From assembly GCA_964057225.1 (NCBI GenBank), contig OZ059895.1, positions 4,526,001 to 4,590,000 of the forward strand: a stretch of DNA of 64,000 nucleotides, read 5' to 3'. How positions within the stretch are numbered: position 1 is the first letter of the stretch; every line of letters starts with the position of its first letter. This document shows positions 39,128-50,195 of the stretch, one piece after another. The DNA is from Auanema rhodensis (taxonomy: Eukaryota > Animalia > Nematoda). The notes beneath the pieces were generated by a model. It did no database searches. It saw only the letters and a list, made by a program, of their open reading frames with translations, and was not told the origin of the DNA. A program made the translations under genes and the position numbers.

Positions 39128-39985
39128 ATGGATGATTTTTACATTACTTTGCCGTCATCAGTTGACTCTGAAAAAAGTAATACCTCATCAGTGTTTCTTA
39201 CCAGGTTACCTGAAACATTAAGGCTACGCAATAACAGATATTGCATTGGGCTGACAGACATAATTTTTCCGTGTTCGATATTAAATGTACAAGAAAATCT
39301 TTCTTATACACTACGTTTTTCCAACAGAAAGTTTATTCTGCACTTACCCAAGGGTAACTATGCAAATGGTGATGAAATAATACGCAGAATCAATGCTGGA
39401 AAAGAACAATTTATTGCTAGTAGCACTAAACCTCTTGGAGCTGAGGAAGAAGCACGTATAAAGGGTTTAATAGATAAAGATGAAGATGTGAAAAAGTGGT
39501 ATAATAATCGACAAGCTGAGGCTAAACTTGTCAAGGAAATGCTGGCAGACGCCACGTTTCGGTTTAACAAAACACTACAACGCATAGAGTTTGTAACAAG
39601 TAAGCGGCTATTATTGAATGCAACACTCGGTGATGCTCTCGCATATTTTCTTGGCTTTGAGAATAAAATTATCAACGACACGTTAATAGCCAGGCGCCCC
39701 ATTGATTTTTCAAATAACATTAATACAATGTATATATATTGTGATATTGTAGAATATTCCATTCTCGGTAATGTGAAAGCTAATTTACTTGCATGTTTAC
39801 CTGTACCACCTCCCACTGAATTTGGTAAAATGATTGCCAAAACGTTTAATCCTATTCGTTATGTACCAATCACTAAGCAAACACTCGATACTATACGTAT
39901 TGAAATTTTAGATGAATTTGGCCGCCCTATGCAATTTAATTATGGTTCTACAGTTGTTACATTACATGTTAAAAATGTGAAATAA
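39128..39985 (+). CDS. Minor capsid (penton-like) protein, intact
   Basis: N-terminal DDFYITLPS...F.TRLP and C-terminal MYIYCDIVE...F.PIRYVP...IRIEILDEFG...TLH, typical of Polinton minor capsids. Confidence 0.88.
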   Translation: MDDFYITLPSSVDSEKSNTSSVFLTRLPETLRLRNNRYCIGLTDIIFPCSILNVQENLSYTLRFSNRKFILHLPKGNYANGDEIIRRINAGKEQFIASSTKPLGAEEEARIKGLIDKDEDVKKWYNNRQAEAKLVKEMLADATFRFNKTLQRIEFVTSKRLLLNATLGDALAYFLGFENKIINDTLIARRPIDFSNNINTMYIYCDIVEYSILGNVKANLLACLPVPPPTEFGKMIAKTFNPIRYVPITKQTLDTIRIEILDEFGRPMQFNYGSTVVTLHVKNVK

Positions 39986-39990
39986 ATGTT

Positions 39991-40440
39991 TTATTCAACA
40001 GTTATACAAGACCACATTACGATTTTCGAAGGTTTAAAAGGTAGTTCAGCGCCGTTTTGTTCGATGCGCGGCTCGTGTTGTGAATATTCTCGGTTACTAT
40101 TGCAGCGGCATCGTTTTGGTTCGGTTGACTGTACAAACTCCTGAGTTTTTTCAGAGGGTTCGCTGGTATCATTTCCATCACCATCTTTACCATTCGTTCC
40201 ATTACTATTATGAAGACGCCGAATATGACGCTGACAATTGAATCTTGTTCAATAAGGGCACAAACGTCTACGAACACCATCCAAATGTCCATATTTTTGA
40301 ATAAAGTCAGCATTGCTGATATAACTGTTACATACGGGTTGAATCCCGTCATGTCTTTTCAATATGTGATCACTAAAATGCTTGACTGATGAAAATATTT
40401 CCTTGCACGTAACACAATACTTGTTACATAAAAGTTCCAT
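39991..40440 (-). pseudogene. C2H2 zinc-finger gene, truncated in copy A
   Basis: A 15-bp deletion relative to copy B near 40250 creates CPY-TGA inside the second finger. Confidence 0.8.
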
Positions 40441-40481
40441 TAGAGGAAAATAAAAAACAACCACACACAGTCAACTCACTT

Positions 40482-40652
40482 TTATATAATGAGTGGAATA
40501 ATGACTAGTGTAGTACAAAAGCCTAGTCCCAGAGATATTCCTTTAATGAATGGCACTGAAATACGTTTCAAAATCTTTTTGTACAGGGGTGTTGGCACAG
40601 ATTGTTCCAACGTGTATCTTATACATAATTCACAGTGACAGGGAATATTCAT
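40482..40652 (-). CDS. Small (56 aa) CxCxxC protein with a C-terminal hydrophobic segment
   Basis: MNIPCHCELC...GISLGLGFCTTLVIIPLII; open in both copies. Confidence 0.5.
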   Translation of the reverse strand: MNIPCHCELCIRYTLEQSVPTPLYKKILKRISVPFIKGISLGLGFCTTLVIIPLII

Positions 40653-40698
40653 AACTGACCACCTAATGTAGCAGGTGACGTTTTAATGGCAAAGTTGA

Positions 40699-41154
40699 TC
40701 ATATGCTAGATAATTTATAGTCGAATACTTTATGCATAAACGCTTTAATAAAGACATCATCGTTTTGTAATAGTTTAAAAAATGAACAAATGCTTTCAAA
40801 TGTATTACCAGCTGACAACATTAGTATTACAAATATTGCATAACCACCACAAGTGTATTCAATTATGCGTTGTGGTTTGCAAGTATTAACTTTTACATTT
40901 TTATATTTGGCCAGATAATGACGAATGTACTTGTTCATTTTATAACCCAAGCTACAGAAAAAGTAAGCTTGATCATTACGTACAAAGATGACTTGCCAAT
41001 GTGTGCCCGGTTTATCGTGTGTGTCAGTATTTACAACAAGTGCAAAGTTCTTTCGACGTGTTTTGGGTAGAGTATCGGCGTTAAATACACCGAAGAATAG
41101 TTTTCGAGTGATGCGGACAGATCGCAATAGTGACGCTATTTCAGACGAATACAT
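40699..41154 (-). CDS. Adenain-like cysteine (maturation) protease
   Basis: VVNTD...PGTHW and Q...TCGGYA motifs. Confidence 0.92.
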   Translation of the reverse strand: MYSSEIASLLRSVRITRKLFFGVFNADTLPKTRRKNFALVVNTDTHDKPGTHWQVIFVRNDQAYFFCSLGYKMNKYIRHYLAKYKNVKVNTCKPQRIIEYTCGGYAIFVILMLSAGNTFESICSFFKLLQNDDVFIKAFMHKVFDYKLSSI

Positions 41155-41204
41155 TTAGTAAAATGATCTAGTGTAACTTTTGTATTGCGCACGTGCGGTT
41201 CAAT

Positions 41205-41657
41205 ATGCCACACCTCCTTCTAGACTTGAACTCAATTCAATGGACAACACTTTTGAATCAACAAATGGGTGGGGCGCCATTTAGTGGAATGATGTTTCAA
41301 CGTGGTATGCAGAGAGGTCATGGCCTGGGTGGTATACTGGCAACTTTGGCATCGTTTTTACCTCGCATTATTCAATCACCTATAGCCCAAAATCTCATCA
41401 ATGCTGGAAGGAATGCATTATCCAGTGCTGTAAGCAATAGTCCAGTTGTAAACTCACCTCTTGGCGGCCAGTTGCTAAAAACTAGCAATGAAATTGTTGA
41501 TGGGGTGCTCAAGGGCGATAATATCAAGCAAACTCTTAAAACAGCCGGCCGGCAGGCTATACGAGATCTTACCGGTTTGGGCAAGCGGCGACGACGCAAA
41601 ACCACAAAACCTCATAAGCGTCTGTGCATAACTCGTGAGCGGTCGTATCGTATTTAA
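41205..41657 (+). CDS. Virion core or membrane-lytic precursor-like protein
   Basis: QMGG and QRGHGLGG protease-type sites, then an amphipathic helix and a basic tail (GKRRRRK); directly upstream of the major capsid gene. Confidence 0.7.
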   Translation: MPHLLLDLNSIQWTTLLNQQMGGAPFSGMMFQRGMQRGHGLGGILATLASFLPRIIQSPIAQNLINAGRNALSSAVSNSPVVNSPLGGQLLKTSNEIVDGVLKGDNIKQTLKTAGRQAIRDLTGLGKRRRRKTTKPHKRLCITRERSYRI

Positions 41658-42992
41658 ATGGCTAAATTGATAGATTCAAAATCAGCACAAGCACTTTTAC
41701 CTAATATTAATTATAGTGACATACCGGCGTCGGCATTAGGTGTTGAATCCACTCGTACTGTACAAGTTCCTTTAAAAAATACTTTTCTTCCTCAAGGACC
41801 ATGGGAATTTGTTATAGCCCAAAATTCCAAATCATTTCTTAATCTGAGAAGGTGTTGGTTGAATGTAAAATTCAAAATTGTAACCACAAACGGTGATCCA
41901 GTACCAGACAACCTTGTTTTTGCACCATGCCAACAATTTGCAGCCAGTTTGATACACTCGTATCATTTAAAAATTGGTGATGTTAGCGTGTATGACTCTA
42001 CCGTAAATCATGCCTACAAAACATATATTGAGAATATTCTAATGTATAGCAACGATGTTAAAGAGAGCAAACTTGCCATATCAGGCTATTATGCGGATAG
42101 ATATATAGATAATGCAGCCAGTCCTGGCTTTAGAGCGCGACAAGGGCTTGTTAAAAATGGCATATTGTGTGAGATGGCTGCTCCCATCAGTATCGACTTA
42201 TTCAATCAGGAACGACTGTTTGTAAACTATTCAAAAATGGAGCTAACTGCATATCCAAACCGTGATAATTTCTTAATTGACACACTTGGATGGAATAATG
42301 AAAGCAAGGATGCTGCAATGAAGGAGGAGTTTCCAAACCTGAAAATAGATATCAACGATGTGCACTTGCTTATTCAAGAGTTTGATCTAAACGCTGGATT
42401 AGCTATGGCTATAGAAGATAAACTTGTAAAGGAACGAATACACTACCCCATGACGTCAGTGAAAATGCGCTCTTATTTCATAGAAGGAGGCCGTTTGGAT
42501 TCACCCAATAACATATTATTCACGTCGCATACACCGAAACGTGTTGTAGTAGGTCTTGTCGGCGCACACGCCTATAATGGTACTTTTAAACATTCGCCAT
42601 TCAACTTTAAACCGTTTGAATTGAAAAATATATACTTGACGCTCAACAATCGGGTAATACCTACCCGCCCTTATAATTTAGAATGGCGTTCTTCCTATGC
42701 CACAGCATATATTGACATGTTGGAGGGTTTGGGTCTTGGTCGTACAGATTCATCCAATGGTATTACACCAGCAATGTATAAAACCGGCTTCACATTTTTT
42801 GTATTTGATATTTCACCGACTGTACACTCGTCCGAGTTATTTGATGTTATACGACAAGGTAATGTGGCCCTGAAATTGGAATTTGGTCAACAAACGCCGC
42901 AAGAGGGTTTATATGCTATTGTTTATGCAGAATATGACTCTATTCTTTCAATTGACAACAATCGTGCTCCATATATTGATACCAGTTTGTAA
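41658..42992 (+). CDS. Major capsid protein (double jelly-roll)
   Basis: 444 aa; GP.EF, P.RVVVGLV...AYNG....SPFNF.PF and G.TFFVFDISP motifs typical of Polinton MCPs. Confidence 0.93.
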   Translation: MAKLIDSKSAQALLPNINYSDIPASALGVESTRTVQVPLKNTFLPQGPWEFVIAQNSKSFLNLRRCWLNVKFKIVTTNGDPVPDNLVFAPCQQFAASLIHSYHLKIGDVSVYDSTVNHAYKTYIENILMYSNDVKESKLAISGYYADRYIDNAASPGFRARQGLVKNGILCEMAAPISIDLFNQERLFVNYSKMELTAYPNRDNFLIDTLGWNNESKDAAMKEEFPNLKIDINDVHLLIQEFDLNAGLAMAIEDKLVKERIHYPMTSVKMRSYFIEGGRLDSPNNILFTSHTPKRVVVGLVGAHAYNGTFKHSPFNFKPFELKNIYLTLNNRVIPTRPYNLEWRSSYATAYIDMLEGLGLGRTDSSNGITPAMYKTGFTFFVFDISPTVHSSELFDVIRQGNVALKLEFGQQTPQEGLYAIVYAEYDSILSIDNNRAPYIDTSL

Positions 42993-43130
42993 TGTATGTA
43001 ATAAACTCTTTAAAACATTTGATGAGAAGAATAAAATTTATTAATACAACTATACATAAAAATCTATAAATACAACCATATACAAATATACACGCGATAA
43101 TAAAATTTATAAATTCAAATATATTAAAAA

Positions 43131-46100
43131 TTATTCACAATAACCATAGGGTAAAGTACTAAAATCGTCTAGATAACAAAGTTTATCCATTACGACCTTG
43201 GTACTCTTTGTCATGTCCATCGTGGATATGGCACCAAGCTGCCTCTTTAATAACGTTGTTTTGGTTTTTAAAACCAATTTTTCTCCATCCATCACGAGTC
43301 CTCGAACCAATCGCTCCATACTTTGATAGTTTACCACGGTGGCTGCCGTGTGGTCCAGCGTCTGTAATTTTAAAAAGTTTCTCAATAATATATTTTTATA
43401 CTTACCACTCCCTTTGCCTTGGTGATATACTTGACCTGACCAGCTGCATTTACTAGCTCATAACTATAAACTTTTGCAGCTGGTGAAACAAATTTGGTCA
43501 TTGACCAACCATCGGGTATTTCTGAGGTTAGTTTACCTAACCATTCACCCTTCATATCCTCAATTGGATCAGGCTGATCGAGGCATTTTAAATAAATTAG
43601 AGAATCGGTGTCTAAATGATGTACGTTTAAATTGTATACAAAGTATAAAATTACCTGTATACACCAAGTTCTTTCCAATTTTTTCCATTGCCTTATACAA
43701 TAGTAGCCTTGCATGAGCGGTTGTATAAGCCGCTATGGCTACATTTGTAAACGGCGCTGGTGCCAGGTGTGAGTCTTCTGGCACTGTTGTACAGTACGCC
43801 ACATCGTCCACAATTTTGAAGCCCGTGAGTTCCCTTGCAGGATCAGTTATGATCCTACCAATTTCAGGATCCTCAACACCAATAATCTTGGTTTGGGCTT
43901 TATCCGGTCTTTGACCCATTTTACCCCATACACTATAAACAAATTTGTAAATTTTTATTTTTAAAAGTTTACATACCTATTCAGCTGTAGTTTGGCAATG
44001 CTACGCATGGCCGCATTCTTTTCAATTTTGTTGCTATCCAGAGCAACACCAGTGTTCTCCTCGTGCTCTTGGAGATATTTTAGCTGTAAAATTCTATTTA
44101 ATGCCATACTTTTCATGACACATACCTTTTCAGCCTCTGTCATATTTGGCTTAGGCCAGCCCGATGCCTCTTGCTTAATTTTTATGTACTTTTGTACAAA
44201 ATCCTTGAATAGGCCGCCTTGCTGCCATTCATCCCAGTGCCAAACCTCATAAACATGAAGCACTTTGTAGCCACGCTGTATGGCACATTCGAGCTCTACA
44301 TGCGTTACAGTCAGATGCAGCTTTCGAGCGTCTTCATCATCTTGGTGCGGGCATGTTACATTTTTGCCTCTGTTTGCACATGTGCGGCAGTTTGTAAAAA
44401 TTAATTTACCGCCTATGCGTGTTCCTAATACAGGATACATCAAATTTGTGGGTGCAAGCACGTCACATTTCACAAGGCCCTTGTATGGGCAGCATGCCTC
44501 AAAACTCTCAAAGCCCTCAGTAATCACTTTAGGATTACCCACAGGGTAATAGGCATCAAATGCCGTTACATATGGATAAAGTGAACAAAAGTCCACATAC
44601 TCTAGTGAGTATCTATCCGAAGCTTGGGCCAGAAGCTTATATGTTTGAGTTCGGCCGCCGGTGAAGGCATCTCGAGGTGCCAATCGAGTTACAACCTCAG
44701 TGTCCTTCATAAAATTTGCCATTTGCTCATTTGATGACATTTGAGCAGTAATTTCGTGTTCCCACACAGTGGTTACACTAATGCCCTGGCTTTGAATAGC
44801 CTCAAGCCTTTTCATGGTTTTTTCATAAACCTAAATGTTTCAGCTTAAAATGATTAAAAAAGTCACAATTACCTCTTCCATTGTTTCACCATTTCTGCCT
44901 GGTGCAATAGCAGTCTTGTTGGTGCACTGGGGGCAACCATGATAAATACAGCCATTAAACTACAAAATTTTATCATTTTTTACATTTATTACAAATTACT
45001 CACCTCATAGCCGTGATTAGCCACACTGTCATAAGCATCAAGTAGATAGCGTTGGCCATCTACTCGCACAACAAATTCACCACCATTAAGCTTATGCATT
45101 AATGGGCGGCCTAATCCGTGTTCTAGCCATTTAATGTATTTTATGGCAATTATACTCTGCTTCTGGCCGGCATAATAACCAGTCTCAGGCAGAATACCCA
45201 CTTGGTTCTCTTTAATGTGGTTCATTTTCAACTGTAATATACTAGTTTTGAAAATGCTTGTATTTTAAAAAACTTGCCTGGAATAAAGAGAAACTGGCAA
45301 ATGTCATACATTGTATGACAGGATTCCAGCCAGTGGTGGCGGTTGCCAACTTCATGTACACTTTCATACAGTTGGTTAAAATACGGACATCTGTCCTACA
45401 ATATTCCAGAAGCTCCTCATCAAAATCAAACACACTTTGATTACGCTCCTCATACCAAATATTGAATGAAGCTAGGTCTTCTGCTTTCATTCTAGCAGTA
45501 CAATAGTAATGCTTTGGTGGCAAGGATGGTAGCACTTTGCCATAATTTATTGGGTGGTTAAAGAGGTATGGGAATTGTCCTTTACTCATATCAGGTACAC
45601 CAAATGCCTTGGGTAACGCTGATAAGGGTAAAGGCACTAGTAAATAACTATCTTTAAAACATAAATGGTTAATGTTTTGACCTCTTAATGGCTTGACAAC
45701 CATGCTAATAATCTTGGTCCCATTTAAAATGGGGTCAGGATATATTCCACGGTTTATCAGCCTAGACACCAAGAAATGTATGTCAAAGCGCGACCCGTTG
45801 TGCGCAATCAAAATTGCATTATCATTCTCAGAAAAGTTGAGTAACCAATCAAGGAAACGATCTGTTACAGACCATTCACTATCACCTTGTTGGTACCCAA
45901 AATGGCCCTCCTTGGTTGTGCATTTCTCACAGGAATTGGCATCTATACAACTTTCACAAAATTTGTTATACACAACCATATTGGGCCATTGTTCATCTGC
46001 ATATTCATGAACATTTGTGCCGTTTTTTAACACAACTGTTTCAAAGTCATAAAATATAATCTTAAACAAGTAAGCATTACACTTGTAAAGATGTTAAATA

Positions 46101-48900
46101 CAAACCTTGAACTTTTCTTGCTTCTTTTTTAGCTGAGCCTTCTTCTTGTCGTTAGGTGGAACCCAACAACAAGAGTGCTCTTCAGGCTTTGTCTGACCGC
46201 ACTTTTTGCAGAATTTTTCATTGCAATTGTGCGGTCTATCAGCACGGACCATGTGATAGTGATCACACGCCACACATGTCTGAATTTAAGCTTGTTATGT
46301 ACAACTTTAAATTTTCACAAAATACCTTGAATTTTCGGCAGGCTTTTCGCAAATGCCTATCGAAGCATTGTTGAGTTTTAAACAAAACTCTACAACTATC
46401 ACACCTCACGCTACTCTCAACCACATTCCCCATCGCATTACAATTATAGGTGTGGCATTTTTTACATTTGGCTTTACATCTATGCAACACTGTATTGTAA
46501 GATAACTTACAGTGTTGACATATAATACCATCAAAAATTTTCGAACGACTACCAGCTGTAATACAATCATAGTGATTATTTCGGTAACCTAGTGTTACCA
46601 ATTTGCTAGCCGCTTCATTAAATATTTTCTGGATAGTGTACATACGCTGTCCAGGCGGTCTAGCATATACTACAAACTTATAGTTTGTATTACAGCTGGC
46701 AATAATGTTTAAATGAATTAAATTATAATTTGGTAAATCTACAGAAATACCACACCTATTTAATAAATTGATATGGTGTGGCTGATTTGGCAATAAGATG
46801 TAATTGCGACGAAGGTTTTGCAGCCTTCGCTTCTCATCGCCATCTTCAGTGGCCAGCTCGTCAGCTTTCCACATTCCCACAACTGCTGATCTAGCCAGAC
46901 AATGTGAGTCAGTGTTGGCAATGGTTCCAGGTATTTTGAGTTCGGGGTCAAAATAAAACCCGACTCTACCTTCACCAGGCATCAGGCTTGGCTGCGCTGG
47001 CCTTTCATCAAACACATACATCTCAATATTCATTGCCTGGCTGATCACAGCCTCTCGTTTTGATTGCTGCACCTTGCTGATGGCATTCATAATGGCTACG
47101 CCATCCAGATGCTCCCTTCTACGAAAGTCCATAAATATGGAGCCCTTTTCAAAGGAAGGGTGCTCAATTGATAAACAAAATAAGGCTTTTTGCTTATCAG
47201 GCACACCGCTTTCAGCAAGACAACGATCAAGGAATTCGTTGAATAACCGCGGCATGATAACATGCATTGGTTCATCAACATTTTCCAAGTGTGGGAACGT
47301 GAGCGATCGAACGACCACGTTGGTAAAACGACCGGTGCGTTTTATGCGCCGGTGTGACCACTATAATAAACAACATTTATAACAGTTTACATGCTTTTTT
47401 TATTTTTATTTTTAAAAGTTTAAATAAAAATAGTTTTAAGAATATATATGAATTGTTTCATCTTTTGCTTAAAATTATTATGTCTCTTTGTTTGTTATAG
47501 TCGTTATTTTTTTTTTATTTAATTGAAATGTTTTCAAATATATGTTTAGTTTGTTTCAAAACGATTAGAAAAATACAAAATATTTAAATGTTTCAGTTTT
47601 TGAGCATCATTTTTTTTTTTAATGTTTAAAAATTTAATAAATAAAAATTAAATAATAGTAGAATTATAAAATTGTTTAAAATATATATAAATAAAAGAGA
47701 TGAAGTGAAATGGTTTAGAAAATACAAAATATTTAAATGTTTCAGTTTTTGAGCATCACAATATTGAAATTTAAATGTTTTTTAGTGATTAAAAATTTAA
47801 TAAACGAAATTATGAAAAAGTGATAGAAATTTAAATTTGTTCAAGATATGTGATTAAATAAAAGAGATGAAGTGAAATGGCTTAGAAAATATAAATCAAT
47901 TTCATGTTTCAGTTTTTGAGCATCACAATATTGAAATTTAAATGTTTTTTTAATGATTAAAAATTTAAAAAATGAAATTATGAAATAGTGGTAGAAATAT
48001 AAAATTGTTTAAAATAGATGAAGTGAAATGGTTTAGAAAAAAAACAAAATATTTAAATGTTTCTGTTTTTGCGCATCAAAATATTTAAATTTAAGTGTAA
48101 TTTAATGATTAAAAAGTTTAATAAATAAAAATTATAAAGTAGTGGTAAAAATTTAAAATTGTTTAAAATATGAAATTAAATAAAAGAGATGGAGTGAAAT
48201 GATTTGAAAAATACAAAATATTTAAATGTGTCAGTTTTTGAGCATCAAAATATTTAAATTTAAGTGTATTTTAATGAATAAAAATTTAATAAATGATATT
48301 ATGGCATGGATTTGGGATAAGATTTTATTTTATTTTTCAAAAAGCCACCAAATGTATGATGATTTGTTTAAAAATAGATGGCAGAATTCAAAATTGCTCA
48401 AGATATGTAATCAAATAAAAGATATAGAGTGAAAAGAATTGTAACATGAAAAAAAAAAAAAAAGGTTAAAAGCTCGTACCTTTATTTGACAAACATCGTT
48501 GAAGGATGAACCGCCTCCTAATTGTTCTCCACTAGTTGATGGCATCTCGGGATTCCATTCTCTGGAAAAAAAAAATTTCATGCTTTTTCATTATATGATA
48601 GCTTACTCATTATCGCTGTCATCCAAGGTGATAACTTCAATAACCCTTGATGACGAGGGACCACTATTGGAAGTGGTTATTGCGGGGTCACACAGCTCAA
48701 CACCACCACTCTCGGTAAGTTTTATGCGCTTACTAAAAAAAAAACAAAGATGTATATTTTAAAAATATTGTTAAATTACCTGAGTTGATAAATTTCCTCA
48801 TAATCGAACCCCAACTCTTCACATACACGCTTATAACTGAAAATAAATATTTTAATTAAAAAAAAAAAGATAGGAAAAAACACAACCTGTTAGCAGCCAT
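43131..48900 (-). CDS. polB: Protein-primed family B DNA polymerase, 14 exons, ~1370 aa, intact in copy A
   Basis: Exons 48900-48887, 48836-48780, 48732-48607, 48561-48480, 47360-46326, 46279-46106, 46060-45278, 45231-45004, 44959-44873, 44830-44126, 44083-43977, 43932-43655, 43611-43406 and 43361-43131 (4113 nt, stop-free). Motifs FYDFET, HNGSRFD, YCRTDV, DFCSLYP, KLQLNSVWGK, YTDTDS and KAKG. The first four exons are less certain. Confidence 0.9.
47560..48300. repeat. Degenerate ~150-170 bp AT-rich tandem repeats inside the 1.1-kb polB intron 4
   Basis: gatgaagtgaaatgg...aaatgtttcagtttttgagcatc-like units recur near 47699, 47867, 48017 and 48188. Confidence 0.8.
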
Positions 48901-49129
48901 TGTATCTTGTTAGAATAAAATTATGCAAACTCTGAGAGGTAGTTATCCATATTTCATTTTACACATTTATATTACACTTCATTGCAAGAACAGTCAGTTG
49001 TTTTATTGTCACGTAACAATGTTGCCAACACTCAACATTGTATCATATTACAGCTGTCAACAGTGGCAGTTGCCAATCCGCTGTTAATAAATACGCATGT
49101 ATTGTTGTGGTCAGCGCAACTGTTTCAAC

Positions 49130-50195
49130 AATCTTATCGAATTAATCATCGATATGTGTTCTTTGAGTTAGGGTATTAGAATATTAGTAATATACACACT
49201 AAAACTTTTTCTATATACTCTTCTTTCCAAGTAATTTGAGAATATTAGAAATCTTGATGCATATGCTATACAGCTATTTGTTATACTTTAATGAACAAGT
49301 GCTTTGCCATTTGGTTCATTGTAGGTCAACGTATCTGTTTCACCAATCTTATCGAATTGATATTCGATATGTGTTCCATTAACATTTTTGATACTAAAAA
49401 CTATATACCCATGACCCCTTGGCATAGTAAGTATTCGTTAGCGTTATGGGTACTTGTGCTGTACAGCTATTTATCATATTTTTATGAACAAAACTTTTGC
49501 CATGTGGTACATGTGTGGGTCAGCGCACCTGTTTTAACGATCTTATCGAATTAATCTTCGATATGTGTTCCATTGGAAACAACACAATTGTTTGTGAATC
49601 CTATCGAATTAACCTTCGATATGTGTTTTATTGAGTTAGTATATTAGAATATACTAATATAAAATTAAAAAAAAAAGGTTCTTTAAACTATTCTTTCATG
49701 TAATTTGAAAATATTAGACAACTTGGTACATGTGGTGTACAGCTATTTATCATATTTTTATGAACAAAACGTTTGCCATGTGGTTTTTGTGTGGGTCAGT
49801 GCACCTGTTTTAACGATCTTATCGAATTAACCTTCGATATGTGTTCCATTAACTTTTGTATTTCATATCGTTCTTATCGAATTAACCTTCGATATGTGTT
49901 CCATTAACTTTTGTATTCCATATCGTTCTTATCGAATTAACTTTCGATATGTGTTCCATTGATTTACCCATAATAGGTACGGTGAACAAAATGGTTCGCC
50001 TAGATAAACAACAAACTTTTTAAAAGTTAAATTAATAATTATAAACTATAATAAACACAATCTATAAACAATGTAAACAAATAAAATTAAAAAATAAATA
50101 TATAAAATATATCTTATCGAATTAACCTTCGATATGTGTTTCATTAAATTTAGTTTAAATATTTATTACTTCTTATCGAATTAACCTTCGATATG
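49130..50195. promoter_or_regulatory. Cluster of nine TATCGAA-N6-TTCGATA dyad sites between the TIR and the polB start
   Basis: cttatcgaattaaccttcgatatg-like motif recurs. Two more copies lie in the left TIR (near 34387 and 34447). Function is inferred. Confidence 0.6.

Noticed and set aside
43131-47318. polB of copy A as a degraded multi-frameshift pseudogene
   Set aside because: Every break is bounded by GT(GC)-AG signals, and splicing restores the frame and the catalytic motifs.
48226-49554. Short plus-strand ORFs near the polB end, and their mirrors at 52811-54139
   Set aside because: They fall in intron or subterminal repeats or are antisense to polB micro-exons. Identity between copies reflects recent duplication, not selection.
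49130-50195. Dyad sites as targets of the DIRS tyrosine recombinase
   Set aside because: The arms are only 7 bp, the motif is absent from the DIRS termini and ICR, and the Mavericks show integrase-type TSDs.
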